From Vicugna vicugna (Eukaryota), in the NCBI GenBank assembly GCA_013265495.1, contig MU061579.1:1919319-1983318 (forward strand): 64,000 nt of DNA, written 5' to 3'. A program made the translations under genes and the position numbers. The notes beneath the pieces are model-generated. The model saw only the letters and a list, made by a program, of their open reading frames with translations, searched no databases and was not told the origin of the DNA. Below, in pieces: positions 24,169-37,589 of the stretch (position 1 is its first letter; each line of letters opens with the position of its first letter).

Positions 24169-24532
24169 CTGACTGAAGTGGTTTTAGAGAGGATGGGAAC
24201 AGCGTGCATAAACCATTACATGTTTTGGAAGCTTACCTTTCAGGTTTTAGCAAGAAAGGAGACTGGAAATTATGAAAAAGAGAAGAACTGAGGTGGGAAG
24301 GTACAAAGAGGATAAGGAGGGATTGCTCAAAGATAAAGGGGAATCTTTCCTGTGCATAGGAAACACAGGGAGTTAGCTGAGTAATGAGGCAAAGACCACT
24401 GCAGAGTAAAACAACCATACTGGTCCAGACCCACTGTCCTCCAAAACAAATATTCACTCCATTTTCAGAGGAAGGAATATGTTTTCAGAATGAGTCTCAC
24501 AGACTGACAGAGTAAGCTGTAGCATATGTTGC

Positions 24533-24986
24533 TGCTGTGATTTGAACTGTGTCCTCTAAAAAGATACATTCACGTCCTAACCCCTGCTGGTGCCTGTAAA
24601 TGTGAACTTATTTGAAAGCAGGTTCATCGCAGATGCAATCATGTTAAGATAAAGTTATATTGGATTAGGGTGGCTCTAAATCCAATAACTGGTGTCCTTA
24701 CAAAAAAGCCATGTAAAGACAAAAATTTAGACAGAGAAAAGAAGTCTATGTGATGACAGAGGTAGAAATTAGAGTTATACAGCTGCAAGCCAGGGAATGC
24801 CAGATTGCCAGAAACCACCAGAAGCTAGGACAGGGAAAGGAAATTTGCTCTCTCAGAGAGAAAGGGGACCTGCTGACACCCTCATTTTGGACTTCTGGCT
24901 TCCAAACTGTGAGAGAATAAATGTCTGTTGTTTTAAGTCACCCAGTGTGTGGAACATTGTGACGACAGCCCTAGGAAACTCATATA
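24533..24986 (+). mobile_element. MLT1B/C-like MaLR solo LTR
   Basis: 'ttgaactgtgtcctctaaaaagata...ggattagggtggctctaaatccaat...aactgtgagagaataaatgtctgttgttttaag...cagccctaggaaactcatata'. Confidence 0.92.
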
Positions 24987-25669
24987 GTGGTATTATTCTA
25001 AGGATGTTGAAAAAAAAAAAAAGAATTGTTTAAATCCCTTCTTCTTCACATGATTTCTAACACTGAATAATCCTAGAAGATATGCTCCATCACAGAGAGT
25101 TAGCATTTTCAAATAAACTCAAGATTACTGGTTGCACATACCTTAGTAGAGTTGCATCTCAACTTTTTTTATCTTAGTAGAACCTGATAGAAGGAACACC
25201 AAAAGTAACCTGAAATAGTAATGAAAGCAACTCTGAAGTCACTAAAGATAAATTAGTATAATTCATAATAACTGCACTCAACACTAGTTTCAAAACTTAG
25301 ACTGACCCTTCAACTACCTTAATCACTCTGTCATGAGTTAGATGTGTACTTTGTGCCAGTTCTGCACTGATATCCTCAAGCCTCCAGCATCCCTGGTCGA
25401 GACCTGCAGGAACAAAGTGTGTGGTTGGTTGTACCAACTGCGTCCTGCCATATTCCCTCCAACTCAGAGGGGAGGTAGGGAACAGGGACTGAAATTTATC
25501 TGAATATATGCTCACCTATTTATACCCCTAGGACCTGAAGAAGAGGTGCTTTTTTCCAGCTAATTTTCTCCTAAGTTCCACTTGTGCTAGCAGAATTTGT
25601 TGGGTTTAGCTCTGTAGTAATGGATCACCATGCCTACATTTATAGTAGGTTACACTACATAGTGCCTAC

Positions 25670-26870
25670 ATACTATAGTACGTTAGAGAGCCTTTTGGTG
25701 CTGGGTGGGACCACAACAGTGACAGAGACAGAGTGCTTGCCTTCCAACAGTTTATATTGAAAAAAGAAATTTAAAAAAAAAATTCTAGATTTATAATAAT
25801 TGCTAATACAGAGATAATAACAAAGTTTTGGAACATTTTTAGGACAGTCCAGTTTCCTAGAAGAGTTACTCTTTAAATCAAAGCTCAAGACTGAGTAAGA
25901 ATTAGCCATGAGAAGAAATGGAATAATAGAAATTTCAGTTAAACCCAAAATCATAAGCAAATTCCAAGAAGCCAGAAGCAGTAGCTTATTCATAAGACTG
26001 CAAAATGTTCAGTTCATTTAGAGTAGGTGGAGAGGGCAGGAGAAAAACTGTAGGTATAAGCAAAGGCCAAATCATGAAAGACCCTGAATGTATCTTAGAG
26101 AAAATTAATACAGCCAATGACACATTTAAAAGCAAGAAAAATAATCAGATTAAATATTAAAATGATGACTTAATAGGTAGTGGGAGAAATAAATTGGAAG
26201 GCAAGGCTAGAAACTAGAAGAAGTGAATATAAAATCCAAGATTGAATATATGGCCTGAACTATGATTCTAGAAGGAAAGAAGTGAACATATGTGAAAAAT
26301 AATAATGAATAGCTGTGGCTGATTGCATCTGGAGGTGGAAAATAAAGGAATCAAGGAAGACTCAGGATTTGGGGGAACAAGATAGAGAACAAGGGAGGAA
26401 AATTGGGAAGGATAGGGTGAAGATAGTTTGGTTTTGGATAAATTGGATTTGAAGCCATTATGGTATGCTTTTGGTGGAGGTGTTGAATGATACATCGTAT
26501 ATAAAAGTTCATGAGTGAGATGAATCTTGGAAATTTGTAACGTCATCTGCACCTATGTGTTTGCTGAAGAAAAGCAGCTGGAGTAGCTGGGATCCACAGA
26601 GAAAATACAGAAGAAAGTATTAGACTAGGGCTCATAACAGCACCTTGAAGAACAACTACATTTTACAGCACAGACGGAAGAGAGGAGACTATGAAAGGAA
26701 TTCAGGAGTAGGCCCGAAATGTACGCTCGTGTATGGAAACTAATGGGAAGGAGTGTTCCAAGTAAAACGAGGTCAACAGTTTCAAATGAGGCAGAGGAAT
26801 ATAGTAGATAAAGACTGAAAATTATCTTGATTTGGCCACAAAGAGAGAATTGTTCAGTGCAATTACTGGC
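25670..26870 (-). mobile_element. L2 fragment
   Basis: 'aaggccaaatcatgaaagaccctgaatg', 'ggaatcaaggaagactcagga', 'gtcaacagtttcaaatgaggcagag'. Confidence 0.75.
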
Positions 26871-29474
26871 CTAAAAAGTGACTTATCTCTGAGCTGGCCC
26901 ACATTTTAGGTTTAAAATGTTTTAATTAAGGACATAAGGCCATTCATAGTATTAGTAAGTTCTAATAAACATTAGTTGATTGATCAATTAATCTTTCATT
27001 TTCATAATCAGTTAAACTTATGTACATGAACTTTGTACACTGAATACAAACCCAGCAATCCCATGAACAAATCAGAAGAGACACTTTTACAACGCTGGAC
27101 ATTGTCTCTTAATTAAAGTCATTTTCTAAATACAGCTGAGTACCAACCCTTAGATTACATACAGGGACATGGAATCCAAGTAATCCATGCCTCTTTATTT
27201 CGTAGATATAGCAGAAAACTGAGTTAGTTTTAGTATTCTGAATAAATAAGAACTCTATATCCTGGAGAATTATTTGGCAACACACAGAGTTGTGTCCTAG
27301 GAAAACCTGTTTCCCACTCATGTTTGCATTACCTTTGCAATAAGTCCTTCATGGATGACTGCCAGTGGAAAAATCATGAAATGAATAACACGTGGATGAA
27401 TGGAAAAGAGTACACATTATGTAATGGAAAGCAGATTGCAAGAGCTAATGGGATTAACCCAGAGTGCCCCAAAGAGAAATATTAGACCATAAGTAGATCC
27501 ATTAGATTCATCAGTAAATAAATATTTTCATGAAACAGAAAAATTACAGTATGCAGTTACCCTCTGTAGGTGACACTTGTCTTGTTTGTTCTTACCCTGT
27601 TTTTTGCACCCTCTCTTGAAAATATGTTCACTAAGAAATCTCTCTCACCATCATGTTTCTGTTTTGAGATTTACTCTCTAACTATGCCTGTAAGTCAGTC
27701 CCATTTTCTTCCCTCTCTCACCAATCCAAAGGAATCTGTCCCTTGTTCTTGTCCAGCAGGCCAGCTACTCAGATGAATTACTCTAACCTGTGGTGTACTG
27801 GAGATATTCTGACCCCCCCTCAGACTATGTGTCCTTAATAGGCATTTAATAAAGTATCTGTAGACAATTTTAGTGTCTCCCCACCCTTAAAGCATGGAGG
27901 AGATGTACTGTGTTGTTAAACCAGTGCCTAGCAGAAACAGACATTCCAATTTTTAAAATACTGATTATAAGTGAGTTCTTCATAATTTGATTTCAGCACA
28001 GTGTTCCATTGATTCAAAACATGGTTCAAGAGGAAAACAGTTGTCAGTCAGTTTTTCAGAATTTATGTTCCCAATGTCATCATTTTGTTACTCAAGGCAA
28101 TTGTTGATATGGCTATAAGAGGCTGAGATACACGCACACAGATACATGCTTACACGGTGTCCTCAGAAGATAAAAATACTGCAAAACTTCATGAACTCAT
28201 TGATGATATAGGTCTTACTTCAGTTGAAAGTAAAAGTTACTGAATAATTATGGAATGTATATAAAACATTTAGATTCAGAAATAAATATTCTGATAATTC
28301 CATTCAAACATATGCTTTGATTCAGAGCTGTATTTTCAAAAAAAAGAAAACAGGGAAGATTGGTTAAGGAAAAATAATCTCTCTCCTTCTTTCTCTCTCA
28401 ATCTTTTTTGGTAAAGATCTTTTCAAAGGACATAAAAATCCTCAGGGATGATATTCTTCTTTCCTCCTAAATAACCCTTCACAGTGTTGCTTTATGTTAA
28501 CTTTTCCAGAGCTTTTAATTTTCAAATATAACATTCTGAAGATCTCCTCCTGACAGCAGAGCTCAAAAACTAGTCTTCTCACATTTAATGATTCTTTACA
28601 TAATTGCATTTTTCTTGTTGAATAACCTAGAACAGAATTTTAACATAATGTAGAATTTGACTTTGAAAATACATATAATTTATAAATATCCTTGAAATAA
28701 ATATAATTTTGGTATAGTATATTCTAAATTTGACTTTGTAACTTCTTTGTGAGCTTTCAAATTTCCCTATTACTTCTGGTGTTTTTCTTTCAGTTGACAC
28801 CATGTTGTAAAATAAACGTATCCTATAGTAATGCAGATCCTAATGTAGTGGATTTTTCTACATGGATAAGATACTTCCATTAAACCTTCAAAAGGACACC
28901 AGAGTAAGTATTGAGTTTCTACAGCATTCCAATAAAGGATATTGTAAGCCTTGCAAGTTTTCTAACCCCCAAATCAAACTAGGTAAGTAACAGACCACTC
29001 CATTCCTGCCTAAGGTGTGTCCTATCTTCTAGACTGATCAGCAGTGCAACAGACAATATGAAATATTGAACCAAGATCACTTAGTACTCTTGGAACTATA
29101 CCATCAGAATCTGTATCAATATCTAGCACATGGCGTTTTGAAGTATATGTCTGTAATTTGACCTGAGATGTCCTAATCATTTTTGAGTATCTAGAGCCAC
29201 ATCACCCCTTCCAATCCACAAAAAAACTAATCTTAGAAAGTCTTCAGAATTAAAAAAAGGGAACAAAATCTCTTTCAAAGTTTTATCTAATCTTCACTTC
29301 ATATTTTATAAAACATACAAAGTCATACATTTTAAATATTTAAATAGCTAAAACAAACAAAAAAAGAAGAATAAAACCCCACCTAATGCCTGTAACTACT
29401 TTCAAAAACTTGAAATAAATTGTAAGTATATAATTTTTTTAATCAATTAAACATTTAATTGAAATACTTAAATG

Positions 29475-29970
29475 AAAAATCTTAATAGCTGCCCCTTGAC
29501 CACAGAATAAAATCCAAAGCCAATTAAATGTCATACAGGGCCCTGTGCAAATTGATTCTTAATAAACTTCTAAATTTCATTCTTACCATTTACCTTTTTG
29601 CACTCATTTGCCTTTGGGCCTTTCCACATTCTTTTTTTCCTCTGAATCTGGACCACTATTTCCTCTAGGTTTTGTATCTCATTCTTTGTACCTCCAGGAA
29701 GCATTCTACCCCCAGTTCCTTTCGGTCCCCTGATCTCCACACACATATGGTAACATTTGTATCAGGGTCTTCTCTTATGTGGTGTCACAGCACAAGGGAC
29801 TTCCTCCATTGGAACCTCCACTGGAACTGCATTCTAGTTTTCTGTTTGAACTATTATCCTGGAAGGGAGGAACCACAGCCGTCATACTCAACACTTATAT
29901 CTCAAGTGCTTAGCCCAGTAACTAGCATATAATAGGTGCTCAATATTATGTATCCACAAATGGATGAATT
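29475..29970 (+). mobile_element. L2 3' fragment
   Basis: 'cagaataaaatccaaa' through 'agtgcttagcccagtaactagcatataataggtgctcaata...aaatggatgaa'. Confidence 0.75.
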
Positions 29971-30999
29971 ATTGAAGAATCAGTGTAAGAATTAATGAAA
30001 ATATATAACATCAAAATAGACAAGAACACATTTATTTAATTCGGGGTATTAAAACAAAAAGGCTTTGCTGAAAAGAAAGAAAACACAACAAAAAAAATAC
30101 ATAATACATTTGTCCTGGAAGTATGAATTAAAACTTTTTTCCCCTGTTTCTGAGAAAGTATTGTAATGAAATAAATTTCCTTTTGAAGTAAATTACTTTA
30201 AAGGTGCATACATTTGGCCATTCTAAAATTACAACTTTCCCATTTGTTCTGCAGTTAATTCCTTCTTATGCAGGGTAACGTGGGTTTTAGTCACTCTGCA
30301 CGACACTGTTATGACTTATTCTACATTTATAAAATAACCTTTCTGTCTTTAACCAAGCTATTCAAGTCTGCAAGTTAAAAGGAAAAAAATAATAATAATT
30401 TACATTTTTTTAAAACAGGTTCAAGACAGACTTGACCCTTAAAGAATGTCATGAGTTCTTTTCTGTTTCTCAGTGCCTCTAAAAGTTCTTTTGATTTAAA
30501 AGCAGCAACTTTTCTACCAATTTTACAGTTTTAACAGAAACTTTATTTTACCCATTAACATGAGAATTTTTCTGAAAAACTTTAGAAAACAGAACTGCAT
30601 TTAAAGACAATGAATTGTTTCTATGTATTTATTATTTATCATTGTAACATTACATGAAACTTCAAAACATAATAATGAAATTAATCATCACTATAATATT
30701 GTTATTTATTGCTAAGTGTTTTATATGTGAGGCTTATTTTAATCACTACCAACAATAGATTACATTACAGGTACTCTAAAATATGTGCTTAAGGAATCAG
30801 CATGCATAAATAACTCCCTCCCTAAAGAAAAAAGGGGAAATTATTTGATATTATTTTTAAAATGACATAAAATATTTTCATCATAGGGAGAATAAAAATA
30901 CTGTTGGACTTTTTTCTAATTAATCTATGGTTTAGAAATATTTCCATTTTGACTTGCATATGAAGAAATTTAATAAACAGGTCAATGCTTGGGCTTCTC

Positions 31000-31090
31000 A
31001 ACTTCTTAATTTATCCCTATTTGTTACAACAGTCTTATAAGATAATTGATATCATAATCTCTAATGTACTGATAAAGAAATGGAGCTTTA
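31000..31090 (-). mobile_element. MIR, left part (split by L1)
   Basis: 'ttacaacagtcttataagataattgatatcataatctctaatgtactgataaagaaatggag' resembles the antisense MIR core. Confidence 0.5.
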
Positions 31091-31930
31091 TACTACCAAA
31101 AGCCACATAGATTCAATGCAATCCTTATCAAGATACCAGTGCCATTTTTTTTTTTACAGCAGTAGAAAAGCACTCCTAAAATTTATATATAACCACAGAA
31201 GATCCTAGCTAGCCAAAGAAATCCTGGGAAAGAAGAACAAAGCAGGAGGCATCACACCTGATTTCAAGCTATGTCGTGAAGCTATAGTCATCAAAAGAAT
31301 ATGGTACTGGCACAAAAACAGACAAATAGACCAATGGAACAGAGCTGAGAGCCCAGAAGTAAACCCAAACATATACGGTCAACTAATATTTGACAAGGGA
31401 GCCAAGAATACTAAATGGAGAAAAGACAGTCTTCAGTATATGGTCTGGTTTAATTTGATAGTCACATGTAAAAGAATAGACCTGTATCTTACTGGATTAA
31501 AGGCTTAAATGTAAAACTTGAAACCATAAAACTAGAAGAAAACATAGGAATAAATCTCCTCGAAGTAAGTCTTAGTAAGAATTTTTTGGATAAAACATCT
31601 AAAGCACAAGAAACAAAATGAAAAATAAACAAGTGAAACTACATCAAATGAAAAGCCTCTGGACAGCAAAAGTAACCAGCAATAAAGTAAAAAGACAACC
31701 TACAGAGTAGGAAAAATATCTGCAAACCATTTATCTGATAAGGGGTTAATATCTAAAATATATGAAGAACTCAAACAATTCAATACCGATCCCCCTTCCG
31801 CACCCGGCCAAATAACCCAACTGAAAAATGGGCAAAGGATCTGAATAGGCATTTCTCCAGAGAAGATACATGAAAGCTCAACAGCTACATGGAAAGATGC
31901 TCAGTGTCACCAGTCATTATGAAAATGCAA

Positions 31931-32024
31931 CTACTTTTTATTTTTATTGAAGTATAGTCAGTTTACAATATTGTGTTAATTTCTGGTGTACAGCATAGTG
32001 ATTCAGCTATATATATATATTTTT
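31931..32024 (-). mobile_element. Short young L1 3'-end insertion nested antisense in L1
   Basis: 'tttttattgaagtatagtcagtttacaatattgtg'; TSD tgaaa(a/g)tgcaa at 31920-31930 and 32025-32035. Confidence 0.88.
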
Positions 32025-32386
32025 TGAAAGTGCAAATTAAAACCACAATGAGATATTACCTCATAACCATTAGAATGATCATTATCAAAAAGACAAGAAA
32101 TAGTAAATAATAGCATAGATGTGGAGAAAGGGAACTCTTGTGCACTGTTGGTGGAATGGTAAATTAGTGCAGCCACTATGGACAATAGTAAGGAGGAGTC
32201 TCAAAAAATTAAAAATAGAGCTACCATATGATGCAGCAATTCCACTACTGGGTATTTATCCAAAGGAAACAAAAACACTAACTTGAAAGTTATCTGCATG
32301 CTCAGAGGATCATTATTAACAATAGCCAAGACATGGAAACAAGCTAGGTAGATGCCCATATGATAAAGTTATGACATATGTGTGTG

Positions 32387-32388
<2 letters not shown>

Positions 32389-32420
<32 letters not shown>
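32389..32420. repeat. (CA)n microsatellite inside L1
   Basis: AC run seen directly. Confidence 0.95.
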
Positions 32421-32423
<3 letters not shown>

Positions 32424-32974
32424 ACAATGGAAGATTATTCAGCCAAAAAAACCCCAAGAAAATCCTACCATTTGTGAGAAAATGGATAAACCCTGAAGGC
32501 ATCATGCTAAGTAAGTATGTCAGACAGATTTATGCGGGATCTAGAGAGAAAAAAAAAACTTACAGAAAAAAAGATCAGACTGGGTGGTTACCAGAGGTGA
32601 AGGGTGGGAGGAGGGAAAACTAGAGGAAAGTGGTCAAAAGTTCAGATTTCTAGTTATAAGATAAATAAGTGCCAGGGATATAATATAATGTAAAACATAA
32701 TAAATATAAGCAATACTGGGTGTATGATATATAGGAAAGTCATTGAGAGTAAATCCTAGAGTTGTCATCACAAGGAGAAATTTTTTCTTTCTTTTCTTTT
32801 TATTGCATCTATATGAGATGGATGCTAGCTGCAACTATTGTGGTAATCATTTAACAATATATGTAAATCAAACCATCATAGTATATGCCTTAAACTTAAA
32901 TAGTGATATATGTTAATTATTTCTCAATAAAACTGGGAAATATAAAATATATTAGCAAAAACCTAAAAAAAAAA

Positions 32975-33070
32975 TAGAGGGTTAAAGATATTTTGTAAGA
33001 ATTCCAGATCATATGACATGTAAGATTCAGGATCAAGACAGGAATTCAGGTAGTTTAACTCTATGGTTGA
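32975..33070 (-). mobile_element. MIR, right part (split by L1)
   Basis: 'agagggttaaag...gatcatatgacatgtaag...ggaattcaggtagtttaactct' continues the antisense MIR. Confidence 0.45.
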
Positions 33071-33331
33071 TCTTTTAAAACAATAATAACCTGTCTCCTT
33101 GAAGCAGAGATTCTCCTCCATCCCTGTTTTTATTTTTCCTAAAGAAGTGGAAAATGATTCAGTAGCGAAGAAATCATAAATGATAGACTCTAAATGTGGC
33201 CAACTCATAAAAACTCAGGTATAGAATACAGCCACTGGCATGCAGAAACCTACAAAGAAGTGATTGTTTCATTTTACCTTCCCTCTGGCAGAGCCAAATT
33301 AAAATAGAGTATTTTCTGATACCTCCTCAGT

Positions 33332-33870
33332 TGTTCAGAACAGAACTGAGCTTAGAGTCCGAACGTGCACATTGACAACGGCTAGACTATATAAAGAATC
33401 GGCATGCTGCCCCACAGCCTGCAGCAATCTGCCCAAGAAGCCGACCCATACTCTGTAATGAGCAATCTGGGAGGATGACTGCTGTCTCCCGCCACAAACC
33501 AGGAAGCCAGACAATGACTTCTGTTACAGTCATTTGGAAATGGCCAAGACCTGATTAATAACTGAAGGTTTCCTAAATTTTGTTCCTGCTTCCAACTTGA
33601 GACCAACCAGAGAGAAATGAATATGCAGCCCTAAACCATCATGCCGCACCCCAAACTTAAAGCTGTCCACCTACAGCTTCCTGTCAACAGCCTCCAGCCA
33701 GGGCTTACCGAGTCTTCCTCTTTTTCCGCTGCAAAGCTTTCCCTTTCCTCTGCATTCCTTTGGGTCTGCCAAAACTCAGTTCAAGGTGGCTGACTCCCTT
33801 GCTATATTAGTAAGCTCAGAATAAATAACCTTTGCTTTTCTCATTTCTGTTTCTATTTCTATAGTGGTCA
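33332..33870 (+). mobile_element. ERV1-class solo LTR (MER90/MER110-like)
   Basis: 'aaatggccaagacctgattaataactga...cttccaacttgagaccaaccagaga...gactcccttgctata...gaataaataacctttgc' including an AATAAA signal. Confidence 0.7.
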
Positions 33871-34024
33871 ATGGTGTTGGGGATACAAAACAAGTTAAAG
33901 ATACGTCCTTGACTTTGAGATGCTGATAATCTGCTTGAAAGAAGATGTGCATATGAAAATTAGAAAAAAAAATAAGAATCCACATTTAAGTAAAATGACA
34001 AACTATACAATTTTAAAATAATTT

Positions 34025-34200
34025 AGAGAGTGTTATAATGTTTAGTCAAGTTTGGGCATTACACAGGCCTGAAATTAAATCCAGCTATGTGCCATATGAC
34101 CTCTGTAACTTTTGGATATTAGCTCAGATTCTAAGCTTCAGCATTCTCCTTTCTCAGACGAAGATATATCTATATCATAGAGAGTATGTATAATTGTGTA
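34025..34200 (+). mobile_element. MIR
   Basis: 'caggcctgaaattaaatccagctatgtgcca...ttctaagcttcagcattctcc'. Confidence 0.6.
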
Positions 34201-35019
34201 ATATACAGTAATAATTTAATACATTAATGTCATTTTTGTTTCTTTATTGTTATTGTTTATATAATTTAAAGAGGAAGTATACCGAGGTAATATGGAACTT
34301 ATTTCATGGATAAAATGCAGTATGAATGAGATCACTTTATGAACTAGTAAAGAGGAAAACGGGTATTCCAGATGAAGAACAACAAGAAAGAATTATTCAT
34401 GAATATGTTTTATTTTGTTGTTAAAAATACAGAAAGCAACTTCTTGGGTATACAAAAAAAGATAAATAAATTTTATAAGTTAAAATAATCAATAAAATTA
34501 GATTTTTAGATACAGATTAAGCAACTGATCCAAAAGACAACAAAGAATAGTTATTGCTCTTAAGCACAGAAGTGATCAAAGACAATTTTAGAAAAATACA
34601 ATTATTAGTGAATGTACTGGAGAAAGGTATTATTAGATTCAGGGAGACCACTTAAGAAGCTATTAAAGCAACACAGAAGCAGTAATATAGCCCAAATTAA
34701 GTCATTTGTTAGCAGTGCTTCTCAAATGGCTTCAAGTTTTCAAGCCTGGTAATCTTCAGTGGAAATGGGGGGAAAACGACCATACAGGAATTACAGTATG
34801 TGGTGACAGCAGTTCATACAGGCAGTTTAAACTAACTTGAGTTATTTGAGTTTTATTTATTCCCATTGGTTAGTTGGTACTCCATATTTTCCCTACCATT
34901 TCTACATCATTTCTGTTGTCCAAATTCTAGCTATTTTAAAAATACTCAAATGCTATATAAAACCTTTCATGATTATTCATGTCAATAATTGCAGGCTATC
35001 AGTCCTATTCACCATATTT

Positions 35020-35200
35020 CCACTAATTCACACTCTTCCCAGGCACATACTAGGCATAGAATTGGATCTTACTTTCAGTTCTCTCTGAAGTTGGGTGTTA
35101 TCGTATACTTCGATTTGGTCAGTAAAATGTGTAACTATAGGTGGAATTCTTTAAAAGACAAAGTGCAGTGCTTTATAATTTTCACTCTATCATAGATCAC
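35020..35200 (+). mobile_element. Old MLT1 LTR fragment
   Basis: 'actttcagttctctctgaagttgggtgt...tttggtcagtaaaatgtg'. Confidence 0.45.
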
Positions 35201-35237
35201 AGGCTTTAATAGCCTATGTCCCTGAAAAAGAGTACAA

Positions 35238-35345
35238 CACTTAAGAAATTGAGTAAATAATAACTTTCCAAAAGAGAAGGCCAAAGCTCTGATGGGTTGA
35301 CTGGGGAATTTTACCAGACCCTTAATGCATAAATTAAATCAATGC
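35238..35345 (+). mobile_element. L1 ORF2 fragment
   Basis: 'gctctgatgggttgactggggaattttaccagacc' encodes a DGLTGEFYQT motif. Confidence 0.7.
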
Positions 35346-36526
35346 CATGTATAAATAAATCCCTCTTTCCCTTCTTACAGTTGGGCAATTTGTACAATCT
35401 GCGTGGCCATTTGTAGACCCTCTTACTATTTGAACTCTAAAAATACACAACATAGTCTCAAACAAACAGCAGATGCTTAACAAACATTTTTCCCCCTAAG
35501 TAAGATGTTCCATCAGCAGTTAAGAACATGGAACTTGAGCTTGACAGGTGACTGGTACTAAGAATTGCTATTTTGATGCCCCAAGTATTAGCTCTTCATT
35601 CACTGTGAATTGAATTTTCTGCTACTGCTCTATCCATATCTTGTAATCACCGACTACTTATCAAATGACCCAATAAAAGTAGTTTTTAATCTTTGCATTA
35701 CGTAAAGGCTTGTCTCATTTTGCAACATTATTACCCTTAGGAACTCAGATCTATAGCTTTATTTTTATCATTTATCTTTAATGATGTCTTTCATTTGACT
35801 GAATTCATCAAGCACTTACTGAAGACCAAATATGTGTGTTCATAGTATTAAGCGTGTAGAGAGACCACAAAGAGTATGGCATAAGACAGTTAAAGGTGTG
35901 CCATCCAAAGGGATGGGAGGATACAAAATAAGGGTAAAATAAACCTATAATAAAACAATAAAGTTTGTAATTACATGAAGAAGGTATTCTGAGTGTGCAG
36001 AAAATAAAAATTAATTTTCACAAGGGGAATTGGGAATAGAATTTAACTAAAATTAAATGTTCAATTTTTCAACAGGCATCTTACAGACATCCAAAAAACA
36101 ATAGACTTTACTGTAAGCCTAGATATTAGGGCTCAGTTACAACCCAAGATGTAGATGGAATTATCAAGGAAAGATGAGCACATGTATTGTCCCTTTACAG
36201 AATTCTGATTGCAAGCAAGCCAATCATCTCCATATGCCTGCAATTATCCATAATAATTTCACATTTCATTTGATTAATTCTTCTGCTTCCCTACATACAA
36301 ACATGTAATGAAATGGCCCTTCCTTACCTTGCACATTGTTCTAATTATTGTTTCATTTCCTTTAGTACTGTAATGAAAATGGAGCATTCAATCAAGAGAT
36401 TATCGCTCATACATTGAAGAGAACATTACTAATTATGTAGTATCAAACCTACCACTTCAGGGCCATGCAGAAGGTTGCCTAATTATCCAGTGATTTCAGG
36501 ACAATTTATACTGTCAATCTGAGTAA

Positions 36527-36583
36527 AAAATAAAATAAAATAAAATAAAATAAAATAAAATAAAATAAAATAAAATAAAATAA
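36527..36583. repeat. (AAAAT)n pentanucleotide repeat, about 11 units
   Basis: Perfect TAAAA array seen directly. Confidence 0.97.
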
Positions 36584-36744
36584 GGCTGTTTTTTCACTCC
36601 TTCCTCCTTTTTGCTTTATCTTTCTCACTGATACCTTTGGCTTACAGGTAGAAAAAATTTATTTGGTAATTCTATAAATTTGGGACCCTAGGCCTGGATT
36701 TTTTTTTCTGTATTAAAAAACTTACTGGTTAGTTTCTTGTTTGC

Positions 36745-36930
36745 TATTATGTATAAAATAAATAGGCTACAAGGATATATTTTACAATACAGGGAATACA
36801 GCCAATATTTTATAATAACTATAAATGGAGTAATACCTTTAAAATTATAAATCACAATGTTGTATACCTGTAACTAATATTGTACATTAAATATATCATG
36901 ATTTTTAAAAGTATCTAAAAATAAAATAAT
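36745..36930 (+). mobile_element. L1 3' UTR terminal fragment
   Basis: 'ctacaaggatatattttacaatacagggaatacagccaatattttataataactataaatggagta'. Confidence 0.8.
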
Positions 36931-37589
36931 TTTTTAAAATGTATTATTTTACCCCCACCCTACCTCACTCCCTCCACAACCAGTAAACATATTTACTAGC
37001 CTTGTTACTGGAAAGACTAATCTGGAATAATGTTTAATGCTTTATTTTCAAATTTTCCAAAACTCTCCAAACTCACAGTTTATTACTTAAAATCTACTAC
37101 TTCCTAAAGCTAGTGTTAAGAAGAAAAACAAGGGCATTTGTAAGCTCTGGAAAATAAATGTCTGGATGTAAAGCGTGCTGGAAATTTTGCTAATATAGGA
37201 CATCAAGAACCATGTTCAAAGATTAGCACCATGTTTCTAGTTTCTAATTCCTATGTATTACTTTGCAGTAAACAACCAAAACTAAAATTCCCATACCTGA
37301 TTCGATAATTCTCATTCTTTATGGAATTAAGATTCTGCCAAAAGCAACTGAGGTAACCACTGGTGCAACAAACACGTAGCTGAGTATAGGGTTAAATGTG
37401 ATGACAATACAAAGAATAAACATCAAAGCTTATTAATTAGTATCTAGTTAAATTAAAACCCTAATAATGTTTTTTGGTTTAATTCTTTTAAGAATATCTG
37501 TATTATAATTAACTGTGATGACTAAAGAAAGGTAAATTTTTTTAAAAAAAGTCATGACATTATTTTTAAACAAAACTCTACAGGTAACA

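Larger units (their letters stand above)
22681..24290 (-). mobile_element. Long L2 (L2a-like) fragment
   Basis: Begins with the L2 3' end 'cattcatttactcaaaaaatttg...tatgtgcaagaca'; internal 'aggaggctactgaagtaatct', 'atacatttgagagtcatcagcatata', 'cagtgaccttgagagggcagtttca'. Confidence 0.88.
31091..32945 (+). mobile_element. 5'-truncated L1 (L1MA9-like): ORF2 C-terminal third and 3' UTR, frameshifted
   Basis: 'atggtactggcacaaaaacagacaaatagaccaatggaacaga' encodes [14 protein letters not shown]; Cys-rich region near 32100-32160; 3' end 'tctcaataaaactggg'. Confidence 0.95.
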
